From Botryllus schlosseri (Eukaryota), in contig CM119372.1 of assembly GCA_051294905.1 (NCBI GenBank), positions 13,766,001-13,830,000 on the forward strand: a stretch of DNA of 64,000 nt, written 5' to 3'. A model generated the notes under the pieces. It was not told the origin of the DNA. It ran no database searches and saw only the letters and a list, made by a program, of their open reading frames with translations. Numbering within the stretch: the first letter of the stretch is position 1; the number at the start of each line of letters is the position of its first letter. The translations under genes were made by a program, and so were the position numbers. Shown here piece by piece: positions 40,358 through 52,287 of the stretch.

Positions 40358-40695
40358 TAAATGTGTCAATCAGCGTCTCTTTGCCTAGTTTGTGTTCCTG
40401 TAGCCAGTGCAATTGTTTTATCTCGTTTATTCAGGTTACCTACTGTGATCCCACTTATTTTTTCATCTGTTTCTGATACATTGCGTATATGTTATATTTT
40501 TTGCTTGCAAATGTGTTATATTATGTGATAAGTTTCATATTACAACCATCCTTTCAGGCTGTAGCTGACTTGATGATCTCCCGATCCCTTCGCTACAGCC
40601 TGGTTCTGAATTATATATACTTTCCTTTGTATTTATCTATACCATGTTTATTATCAATGTTCATGGACCGAATAAATTCTCTCTCTCTCTCTATT

Positions 40696-40799
40696 ACTTC
40701 TTGCATACGACTCACTGGATATCTTCTTCCGCCTTTTACTGCACCCATAGGCACAGCAAAGACTACCACTACCCCTGATGAACGTACTATCTTCGACAT
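40696..40799 (-). CDS. THAP-domain gene, 5' part of the LINE-split first coding exon
   Basis: Minus frame reads GSGSLCCAYGCSKRRKKISSESYARS and continues in frame into NSDGSSDEES across the LINE. The nearest ATG (40799) is out of frame at a G run. An acceptor TTTGTTTCAG lies at 40845-40844. Confidence 0.75.
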
Positions 40800-43700
40800 G
40801 TCGAATTACACGGAATATCAATATACTGGCACGAGATATTGGGCTGAAACAAATCCTGAATGTTAGAATAATTAGTCATTCAAAGCTCTATACGCATACA
40901 GTACTACAGACCCAATACGAATCAAATATATTGAAACATTAACCGCTTTTCCATAAGCCCCTGTACTAAATCAATTTACCGTGTACCCACAATGCATCTG
41001 CGCACGGGGATCACGCAAATTTGCTTAGTCGGAGATAGCAGTAGTTCGGGGCTTGGGGTATACGTATAGTTAAGGAAAAATACACTTCCGTATTTTCCCG
41101 ATATTCGAGCAGGTGTTGTGCCCATAAATCAATCCAACTGCAATAAAGGCTCTCTCGATTATAAAATTTGTAGGGATGATGATTTCATTGAACAGGTCGA
41201 TAAATATCGACTGCAGTTAGCTGACTTCAATCAAAGTGACGGACTTGCAATATTTTCGATCATTCAGGGCTGCGGTTTCCGTTTCCTCCGTGCGCCTGAC
41301 ATTTCGAGCCGTTTGTCGGCACTAAAATAAAAAAAATGGAGGCGAGTCTACTAGTTCAATAAATCGATCAATGGACGGATTATATTTTCATGTGCCCAAG
41401 GCACACACACAATGCACAATGCTATATACAAGACTCGCAATGCGATTTAATGAACAGATAGGGGGATGCCGAACGACCAACCAGTTGAGGTCTCTTGAAC
41501 TGGCATCCACCTCGACCTAGTGCCCGATGTCACAGTATTCTTCGATGCTATTCTTTCTTCTTCGGTCCTTTTGAGAAGCAATTTCTTGCTCTTTTCTTTC
41601 GTTATCTGGTCTTTTTTCTGAGCATTTTTGTCGCCGTAGCATGCGGTTACATCGCTGGAAGGAAGGTGAAGTTGCAGCAAATAGATGCCAAGGCAATACG
41701 CACGAATCAATTGTGAAGTCACATATCTGAAAATCATGCCTCCAGCCTGGCTAATCCAGCCTAAGCCCGTTTAGGCCAACAGCGAGCAACACACTGCCAA
41801 CACCATGCATCCTGCGACGGGATTTTGTGTGGCTCACGGACAGCTTCAGTTCAGGTCCAATCTGGACCTAAGGTATTGTGAAGTCATGTTTCTTAACTAC
41901 GTCAGAACGGACCTTTGGCGTCAATATACTGTTTTATTACTGAAATATACCGCCACTGATTCAGCACACAAATAGGCCTGTATACTTTCTCTAATAATAT
42001 AATCAATAATGTCAGACACAAGACACACAAAATGCACGATGCGATAAGACACAATGCGCTGTAATGAACAGATAGGCGGATTCCTAACGACCAGTAGCGG
42101 TCTCTTAAACTGGCATCCACATCGGCCTATGTCACTGTTCCTTTTTCGATGTAAGTCTCTATTCCGAGTCTCTTTCTTGCACCTTCCATTCTTTTTGTCA
42201 TTGCGCTTCTTCATCGGGTATGTTTCTGGGCTTTTTTGTCGCCGCAAGAACAGAGATGCGGTGGGGCCCTACGTAGGCCCCGGATGCGGGGGAAGAGGAG
42301 CCCAGAATAACCTCAGACGGGGAATTGGACTAGAGCCGACTATAGGCGGCAGGCGCTTTTCGTCAGCACTATACGCTATCTCCCCCCCGTAAAGATTCAG
42401 ATTAGAAGTAAAAGTTGCCCGCCTTTGGCTTAGGGCTGTACCATGGAAGTAAATGATGGTTCCAAAACATTCTCTCACGTCTGGCCACCACATGCAAGCC
42501 TGTGACATCAGTAATCCATTTCCCTGTGACTGTTGGAACGTTGCCAAACACTTGGTGGGGTGTAATTTTATTGAGTCATCTCAAACGCAGACTACAGTAA
42601 GTTTAAATCTCAATTAACGATTCGCTGATGTGAATTACTCTGTCTTTATACTAAAGTCGTAGACCACTACAATGTCACGCGGTTTACAATCATATTTGAA
42701 ATTTGCCAAAACAAACCTTACGTAAAATCCCTACCGCGACAAAATTTGGCCAACGACAAAATTGTGTATTACGGCGTACTCGTGGATTGCAGCCGTTATC
42801 AACTTCATACATTTTGTTATCTGCAATTGTTGTCTGCAATTGTAGGTAAATTGAAGCATTGCCTATGAGCTGAGAGATATTTACTGTCCAACCTAACTTT
42901 CGCTATAACAAGATAGCGAACTAGAAGACAAATGCGAAAAATTTCAACGAACAACCAAATCCAGGGTAGACCAAGCCAAATATGCCGCGAAAGTACAGTG
43001 CGGATTGCGGATAGTTTCAATGTTCAGTTTATCCATCAGTATTTTCTTTCACACTTGGCATATGGCATATTTTCATAAATACCATATCGCAAGACAGCTA
43101 TTATACCAGAAGGTATAGTAATGTAATATATAGATCGGGAGTAGGCTAGTTGCGGTAAAGCGTTTCACTCCAACGGATTCGGGTCCCGAAATGCAAGGAT
43201 TGGGGTTACGGATCAACGGATAGCTCTTTACATTTCACGAGCTTAGCGTAACGTTCGTTGCCGTATATTCGAATGATTTGAAGCGAGAAGAAGTAGGGAT
43301 ACGCTTGACTACAATAGTTACGCGTGCGTGGTACCCCATAATGTCTCTTATCGAAATGGCTATGAATGCCCACCATTTCAATGCCGAAGATTCAGCCAGC
43401 AGACGCACCGAAAACTGTAAGTACGATATTCATGCTCGTAGTAGAATCTAAAGATTAACCATCAAGAGTTCGATATCTTTCCATCAGCAAACATTGATTT
43501 TGCCTTATTTTGAGGTGAGATGGATATCTAATATTACATCAATTCTGACGTGATTAATACATGGCGTATGTAAACTATACTACAACTACAAGCAATTACA
43601 ACTATTTGCGTAGTACCGAATACTGATAGTAATTTGGCCTTCTTGGATGGCATGTATTAATGAGCAGAAGTATACAATTTTATAGATTTGTCCATGACAT

Positions 43701-45856
43701 GTTCAATTGTTCATATATGTAGTTTAAAAGAGATTATGATCGCGATAACAGCGAATTGATATGGTAAAATATATTAGTTTACAAGTAGAACTCAAATATG
43801 TGACATAATGTAGCGTTTATATACGTGTAACAGTTTCTGGATCGATATCGCCTATATACGGCGACTTTATTAAATTTCCACGTGAATCTGTGTGTGCATA
43901 TGACCGTCACTGCTGATTCGAACAAGAGAAGTCATCTCACTGTACCACCCTGTACGTTACATCACGATCATCAATACATCACATCGTGCCTATTGTTCGC
44001 TATATAGACGTCGACAGGTCCTCTTTTTTGAGATGGTGGCAAATATTGAATTTTTATCAGCATCTACTACTTTCGTCGAACTTGTATAAATATAGCTGTG
44101 TATCGAAGGCATCCGGCAAATGAGATAATTTTTCTTATTCAACTCGTCGTTCGTGTTTTGAGAAAAACACTTGCTTGAACAGATTGCAAAGTATAGCTCA
44201 TGCCCTCCATTTCTTACAAATGTGAATTGTGGCATATCATCATAACCTACTGCTGTGGTGGATCGTTTGCGGTGCATAGCTCCGTGCCAGGATCATATAT
44301 AAATGTATAGTGGTCGTCTTTACGGAAGAACTCGGGTATTTTCATGCATTGAATCCGTGGTGGTCACTGATCTCCCATCTCACAATATCTTCATTGTGAT
44401 TTTACCAGCATAAACGCACTCGTTGCTAGAGTGATGTGTGCAACGCACGTAGCACGTTCGTTCATCTTCATTTTTTCGTTATTCAAATCTGTTTGCAGGA
44501 AAGCCTAGCCCGTCACAAATTGTTTTGAAATTCACCGGAACGAATAGACCTGAGTAATACGAAGTTTTTCAAGGTCATATTGCGGTGATGATTGGGATCT
44601 ATGATGAATCATATGCGTGAAAACGTATTGGGAGTAGCAGGTATAATAGACAAGTTAGTGGAAGGTGTGGCATTGAGTGCCTGATTGTGAAATATTGCTA
44701 TTAATTCCATTGGCAATACAACTAACTAAATTAGTTAGCAATATGGTTACACCTGTTCTCCATGCGCAATAAATATGGAATGGCTTTTCGTGAATTCGGT
44801 TACACCCCATAAGTGAGTGTAGGTGTGGGAGACTCGAACAATGCGGGTCGTGTTCATGGGTATTCGTGCATAAAATAAATTGTGAATGGACTCGTGAAAT
44901 AATATAGAGGATTCCAAGCGTCTACAATGACATGTCGAGTCGACGTGGCAAGCTTTCACTCAAGATTTCTTTCCGGAACCCAATATATAACATATAATTT
45001 GCGATCTGCAACAAAGTAAAAGATTCGGAATTCGCACAGATCCTGAGAAGAAATAAGACCCGTGACTACTATGAAGTAGAATGTTGGTTATCTTATACTG
45101 ATTAATGATTATTATCATAATTCTGATCACACATATATGGGTAATTGGGTAATGTTTGGCGACGAAGATGTGACATCACAGACAGGCCAACTATACTATG
45201 TAAACTATCTTTTGAACGAGATGACGGTAATTCCGATACTGCAACAGCAATGCGTTGCGGGATGATTGTGACTGAGCTCTACTCATGCGTATGAAGGAAA
45301 GGAATATTGATGTAGGCTCCAACCGCCCCCTATAAGCTGCCTACTAATAACGCCGAGCATAGAACTAGCCTACCGGAATGTAGGCCTGCAGGACACTCAT
45401 AATTCCACACACTCACAAAGCCATATGTCCCCATAAGCCTGTATGAGTATTGTCGAAGTCACGTCACGATAATCGTGCGGAAAAAGAAAGCGAGGGCTTT
45501 CCTTGTCGTTTTTGAATTCAGAAGTAAATTCATATTTGTCATCATAATCACAATTATCGGTGGCTCTAATATTTTTATCAGCTCAAGACACAATGTATAC
45601 AATGCGATACAAAGACACATGTTATTGACAGTCAGGAAAATCTTGAAACGACTAGGTGCGCGCATCAAACTAGCAAATCGGTGATGATTACTGACTTTTG
45701 GACTCAAACGTCTCTGGTAGGCTGGTATCAGTCCAGCCTTGTGCCGACTTTGTCATTTTTAGACTGTTTACGCGTGAGATCAATTCGCATGTAGCCTAAA
45801 CTGTTGTGCCTAACATTAACAATATCAAAAGGGATTGAGGGAGGGGACAGTCATCG

Positions 45857-46113
45857 AGCATGTCCAGTGTCCACATTCAAGTCGAAGTACAAACAATTTC
45901 TACTGAATCAATACTAGTTATCCCTCTAGTTTACCGGACCAGGACCACGACGTGACATATCGATCTCGCATTCCGACACATGCCACTTTTTTTTCACCTG
46001 TCCTTTTATATTACCTTTTTTACTTTTAATTCAGTGTGCATGCCTCCTTTTATAAATCGCCTAGGCCAGGTGGGTGTCTGATTAGTAATAAATTGAATTG
46101 AATTGAATTGAAT
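45857..46113 (+). mobile_element. 5'-truncated LINE 3' end, same family as 49325-50699
   Basis: Shares GTCCACATTCAAGTCGAA.TACAA...CGATCTCGC...ATTCAGTGTGCATGCCTC with the 50-kb copies. Ends AATAAA + (TTGAA)n. Confidence 0.75.
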
Positions 46114-49100
46114 AGTGAAAGAAGAGTTTTTCGATTACTGAAATTATACGACCATTGCAGTAACAACTAGATTTATAGTTTCTGTACTTTTTTCAGCCGT
46201 GAAATCCTTGAAACCTCGATTAATCATATGACAGCATTCAAAACATGCAGTAAAAAACCACGCATCTTAGTGAAGTCTCTGTGAAGTCATAATGTGATAA
46301 TAACCCAGCATGGTCACAAGTGTATCTGAAATAGGTTCTGCCGAGATCGAGAAACACAAAATTATCTTCAGTGTGGCGCAGAACACGCATTATTTTCTTT
46401 GTGGTCGTATATTTGAACTTTACTCATGATATCTTATGACATCGCAATGAATGATACCAAAGTCGCAACCTAACACTCCTTTCGGCATGGAATCATTAGC
46501 GTACTCGAATTTGTCCAGTTCTATACTAAGTCCTTCAATAGCAACCGCTGGCGTAGTGAAGTCGACTGCACGCACCCAAGCATTTGTTATCAGAAAACAT
46601 TGCGTAAGCTTCACAGATTGTAGGTTTCAGGTATTTCGTACAATAATTTTAATGATACAGAATTCGAATCACGAGACACTCCGCGAAATCGAGTCGGCAT
46701 ACGTGGAACACAGTTTTTTGCTTGTTTTGAATCACTTATTTGGATAGGAATAGATCAGTAAATATGAAGAGGGGGAGTATGCCAAAAGTATAAACTGGCT
46801 GTTAAACACTCCACTATATTGCGTAGGCCTATACTGTATTTGAAGTGGCAATTCACAAACCCAGGCTGTTCCCATTCGATAAATTTCATGGAAACGTTAT
46901 TAACAAAATTGAACGCCCAAACAATTACAGAATCTAGTGTCGAATCCAGAGTCTAGTTTGTGTTAACTATTGCCTCCTAATCCTGCTATACCAGGATTAT
47001 AGGCTGGATCAGTGAACTCTTGAGAAAAAAATAATTCCGGCTGTTTCGGACTGGCAGTTGCTGTGTTCGATTCATTTATTAAAACTTACATAAGCTTTTC
47101 TATATCCTCCTTGCAGCATTAATGGCCGACCAACCAAAGGCAAAATCACCCATGATGCACAGAAATTGACCTGTTGTAAACGCACCTCTGCTGACAGTAC
47201 GACCAGAAACGTCACCTATACAATACTAAAATGAACTATGACCAGCTTATTCTATTGATATAGTTACGACCGTTGATATCAAGTTAGTCATTATTCAAGT
47301 ACCTGTAGAGAACAGCTTATGATATCTGAATATTGGTAGCTAATTGGACACTGCGAAGAAATTCTGCATTAAAAAAGATGAACGTTGCCAAAACAGTAAA
47401 GCTCGATATCTGATTTAACAGGATAAAATTGGTCCGTGGTTGTTATTCAAGCCGAGATACAACACCCTCGCAAATGATCGAATAGGCCTACAGTGTTGTC
47501 AACAGACATGATCAAGCCAATGAAAATAAACAAACAACTGCCATCACCCCATAATTTGGACGATGATTCGAGTACTCGAAGCCAAATACTCAATTCGGAA
47601 TAGAATCACTCGGGTACTAGATTTTCCCCAGCCCTAGTAGTATTATGCATTTCCCACATTAGCATGGCACGGTGCATACGCAACGCATACGCTATAATAA
47701 GGAGAGAGAAAGGGAGACGTAGTCAATTTGTAGGCGCGAATGCGACACTGTGCAACCGACAAAATCGCAACCAGTTCTGGAACATATTAGACACCGCTTA
47801 GGATTTTGAAATGAAGGTGTGACATTAACACCAATGGTTCAGAAGAGGTACCATTGTGTGACGACTATTTTGTTATTTCGAACTATTCAATGTTTTTCAA
47901 TCGTGAAGACGTCGCAAAAGAAAAACATTGGCAATGCGAGATATACATTCATCTCCATAACACCGACGGAGTTGGATGCCGCTTGTGCTATTATGTTATT
48001 CGAATGGCACTTGCTCTTTTACTGGTTACTCCATCATCTATATATTATGATTGGCGCATGAATTGTTATTATTCCGGGAGATAACTTCGCATGAGCCTTT
48101 GACTTTTGGGACGCCATGACGTTCAAGTGCTGGCTATGTAGGAACGGGCTACATGTATTTATTCTACACTGGGCAGTGTTAGGGAATTTCGGCACAGTAC
48201 GAAAAACATTCTAACACTGATAACATTTGTCTCGTGGTCAGGGGAGCATTTCTATGCTTGCATTCACGTATCTGCTGTCATGGAGTTGCTCTCTGATGTA
48301 CGTGGCTACCTTACACCGAACTTCGACGGTCTAAGAATTGCAAGCACTATCCAGTTATACCTTTGAACTATGTAGGCTACCTATAGAATAAAATTAGCTT
48401 TTGTTGAATGTAGATACATGATGGTTACTTGCTTTGTAATGTTTATAGTCAGTGCAATTCACTGGAGAGAATTACAAGTCTTCAGCGGAGTCGATCGTTA
48501 CGGTCAATGCAGGAATGCAGTCAGAATCAAGTCAGTGGAGTGTAAAAAGTGCTGAATAAAGTACGACCAAGTTACGGTCCAGTCACGGCATGGAAACATA
48601 GATGACACGGAGTTAAATCCAAATCCCAATAGCTGCTAGTAACGCATTTCTTGGGCAATATATTAAGACAATGCGCAATGGCAGAGCAAATAACAAAATG
48701 TGGCAATGCGATAGCCATAAAACAAATGGCGGAACGGCGGTGGGCGAGTCCTGGTGTAGGTTTATATTTTATAACGATCTGAAAATGCCACTATATTTTA
48801 ATCAGAGTTGATACCAACGAAAGTTGTGTGGCCGTTCTGTCTTTTGTTCCTCTAATAATCTATATACCTCACAGAAGATGATGCCACTGTCTTTCAGGTT
48901 CGAGACTGAAATGAGAGGTTCCACCGAATGCGAACTCACAGTATATGTATTACTCAAAAGCAGCAGTCAAGCACACAACCCAGCGCAGCAGAAATACGAT
49001 TCACAATCATGGTTCCTCTTTTTCCCGCCGGCGTGCTCTCTTAACCGGAGATCACCCAGCCTCCGGATCCGAGCGGTTACAGTTAATTATATATTTTGTA

Positions 49101-49324
49101 CTTTTAATCGACTACATCTAACTTTTCGATAATAGACACTTACGTGACCTTGACACGAACCAATCAGGTTGCAGCAGAATGTAAACAAAGAACAAGGCCG
49201 GGCCAGCTTACTATGAGCTCTTATGGGAAATGGTTGAAAAATGAAGGTTTTAAGCAAATTTACGTTGAATTGGCGATGACTGGCCTTATCTAGCATGCCA
49301 GAATAGTATCAAGAATCAGTTTGA

Positions 49325-50699
49325 TATGTTACAACATGACATCCTCTGCTGGGGCGCTGCAAGTAAAAATGCACTCAAACCACTGCAAAAACTACAGCAT
49401 AGCGTACTCCGTATCATAGCTAAGGCCCCAGAGGGGCCTGGTTGTCCATCCAACAAGTCGCTGCTAAAGAGATTCGGTGTCCTAAAAATAGATGACATGC
49501 AGAAACTAGAAATCGCCAAGTTTATGTATCAGTTCCACTGCGGTCATTGTCCCGAATATTTCAATGACTTCTTTACCTCGGAATCAAAGCGCACAAGTAC
49601 AACACACGCGCGTCCACGTCGTCCAAATATCAATATCAATAGCTAGGGCCCCAAAGGGGCCTGGCTGCCCATCCAATAAGTCGCTGCTGAAGAGACTCGG
49701 CGTCCTAAACATAGAAGATATGCGGAAACTAGAAATCGCCAAGTTTATGTATCAGTTTCACTGCGGTCGTTGCCCCGAATATTTCAATGACTTCTTTACC
49801 TCTGAATCAAAAGCGCACAAGTAGGCTACAACACACGCGCGTCCACGTCGTCCAAATATCATATGATCGACCGAAAAGATCATCGCTCTATCAAATATGC
49901 CGGACCTAATGTGTGGAACAGTGTCCCGCCGGCCATCCGGCAGTCGACGAGCATGTCCACATTCAAGTCGAAATACAAGCAATTACTACTAAATAAATAC
50001 AGTCCATCCTCAAGATTACCGGACCACGACTGACCTATCGATCTCGCTTCCCATGACATGCCACCCTATTTATTGTCGCTTCCTTTTTCTATACTATCTT
50101 CTTTACTTTCATTCAGTGTGCATGCCTCTTCTTTACATCGCCTAAGCCAAGGTGGCTGTCCGATTCCATAGACAACTCCTAGTCGCTTCGACATCTTCCT
50201 TTCTTTTCATTGTATCGCATTTTTTGTGGTGTATTGAACTGATAAAATTGCTAATAAACCAATGATGATGATGATATCATATGATCGACCGACAAGATCA
50301 TCGCTCTATCAAATATGCCGGACCTGATGTGTGGAACAGTATCCCGCCGGCCATCCGACAGTCGACGAGCATGTCCACATTCAAGTCGAAATACAAGCAA
50401 TTACTGCTAAATGAATACTAGTCCATCCTCAAGATTACCAGACCACGACCTGACCTATCGATCTCGCCTTCCATGACATGCCACCCCATTTCTTGTCGCT
50501 TGCTTTTTTCTATGCTATCTTATTTACTTTTCATTCAGTGTGCATGCCTCCTCTTTACATCGCCTAGGGCCTAGGTCAAGGTGGTCGCCTGACTCCACAG
50601 ACTACTCCAAGTCGCTTCGTCACCTTCCAATCTTTTCATTGTATCGAACTTTTGCGATGTATTGAACTGATAAAAATTGCTAATAAACCAATGATGATG
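49325..50699 (+). mobile_element. 5'-truncated CR1/L2-group LINE, containing a second copy of the same family (49633-50273)
   Basis: Encodes ORF2 C-terminal motifs (ILCWG...LQKLQ...LKIDD...LEIAKFMY...GPNVWNSVP). Two AATAAA + (ATG)n tails. ATATCA duplicated at 49627-49632 and 50274-50279. Confidence 0.85.
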
Positions 50700-51233
50700 T
50701 ATTATAGCGGTGGTCTCCTCACAGCGGTCTCCTCACAGCGAGAGAGATACAGATTCTTTTTCGCCTTCACCATTGAGACGCTTTGACGACTGAGATGCGA
50801 TACGACCGCACGGTCACTTAGTCTGCAACCCCGATTTTCTCCTCCATGCTATCCGTGGATGCTGAGCGCCAAGCACGATAGCTGCGGATACCAGTCATAA
50901 ATAAATTCTTATGGGTCGTCAAAACCTGGATAACGCACTGACAGTGCACAAATCTGGGGTTTGTGTTAGTACATCCCACGCAGGAGATATGTATAGGCTA
51001 TTTTCAACGGCATATGGATCTGGCGACCCTGAGATGAATATGACAGCTTAGCAATAGAACAGTGATTCTATGCCTTTTTATAGCCCAGTGCCCCCTTTCA
51101 GAAATGTGACGATATATAGCACCCTTCCTCGTATTACAAGGCCCGTAGTTAATATGACGATTGTCGATACGGATAGGCTGTAGGGTAGGCCTACCACCTA
51201 CTACATTAACGCTTTGCACAACTATAGGATGCG

Positions 51234-52287
51234 TAGGGATGGTGTGAACGTGAGGTTCACGTTCGGGTTCTGTGTGTGAACTAGAGATATTTAAAACTAG
51301 ATATCATTGGTGTGAACCTTAGAAATTTAGAGGTTCACGCGTTCACAAACGAACCTCGGTAGGTTCTGCACTGTGAACCTTTTTCATATATTACAATTTT
51401 CACTTCATTATAACATCTTTGGTTGAAAGTTATTGCATGTCAACTGCGAGCCACTCTATGCGTGGCGCTGGCAGCATAAAAAAAATCAACACTGAACGAC
51501 CATGCACCTTGAAAATCTCAAAAATTCTACTTTCTTAATTACAAATGTTTGCTCGAAATATCCAGCTTTCCATTTGTGAATATTTAGTGACTCTCTGATG
51601 TGAGCTTGACCCGCAATCACACGAGATCAAGAGGGAAATACGCTACATGTAGGTACTCAATTTAGCCAGGGATATCTCTGACTTAGCGAATGATGCTTAT
51701 TCAACCAATCAATGAAACTGATATCGTTGTCAGATGCAAAAAAATGTAGCTGCCGTACGGGGTCAATCTTGATTTCATGTGTTTATTGTAACATAAAAAA
51801 ATCCGTGCGATTGGGGCGTTGGCTACTGCTGTATAAATTTTTAATGAAGTAATATCGGTTGCAAGTATAGAAACCCGTTTTACACTCCGCTCAATATCAA
51901 GCAATTTCAAGCAATAGCAATACTCAGGCGCCGAATACATTGTACGGTGTGGCCTAGACCGTTGAGGCGTATATTTCCTCGCAAGTCCTCGTCGAAATTG
52001 TTGGCAAAGCGACGTAAGATATGGATTTCATGGGACTATTATATCATTTGATTGCTCCAGTTGATACATTTGGCGTCGTTTAAAACGTCAATATGTATAG
52101 GCTACTTCAGCGTTGTGGCATTATGTGGTCAAAAATATAAGCTATCACTTTACTGAAATGTAGGGCTGGAATCAGCAATATGGCGTCACATGACGTCATG
52201 GGGTTCACGTTTGCGTTCACACAGAACCTTTCAAAAAGCTTCACGCTCACACGAACCTGAACCTTTCAGAGGTTCACACCATCCCTA
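51234..52287. mobile_element. Non-autonomous DNA transposon with GTGAAC/GGTTCAC repeats
   Basis: TIR TAGGGATGGTGTGAAC / GTTCACACCATCCCTA. No TSD is recognisable. Confidence 0.7.

Larger units (their letters stand above)
36273..40690 (+). mobile_element. Full-length CR1/L2-group non-LTR retrotransposon (LINE)
   Basis: Short 5' UTR, ORF1, ORF2 and a 3' UTR ending AATAAA + (CT)n tail. 5-bp TSD CTATT at 36268-36272 and 40691-40695. The ends are independently fixed by the interrupted THAP exon. Confidence 0.93.

Noticed and set aside
43000..49300. Repeat-poor 6-kb stretch with several short ORFs
   Set aside because: No ORF has recognisable motifs or a phase-consistent exon chain. It may be regulatory, but I cannot support a feature.
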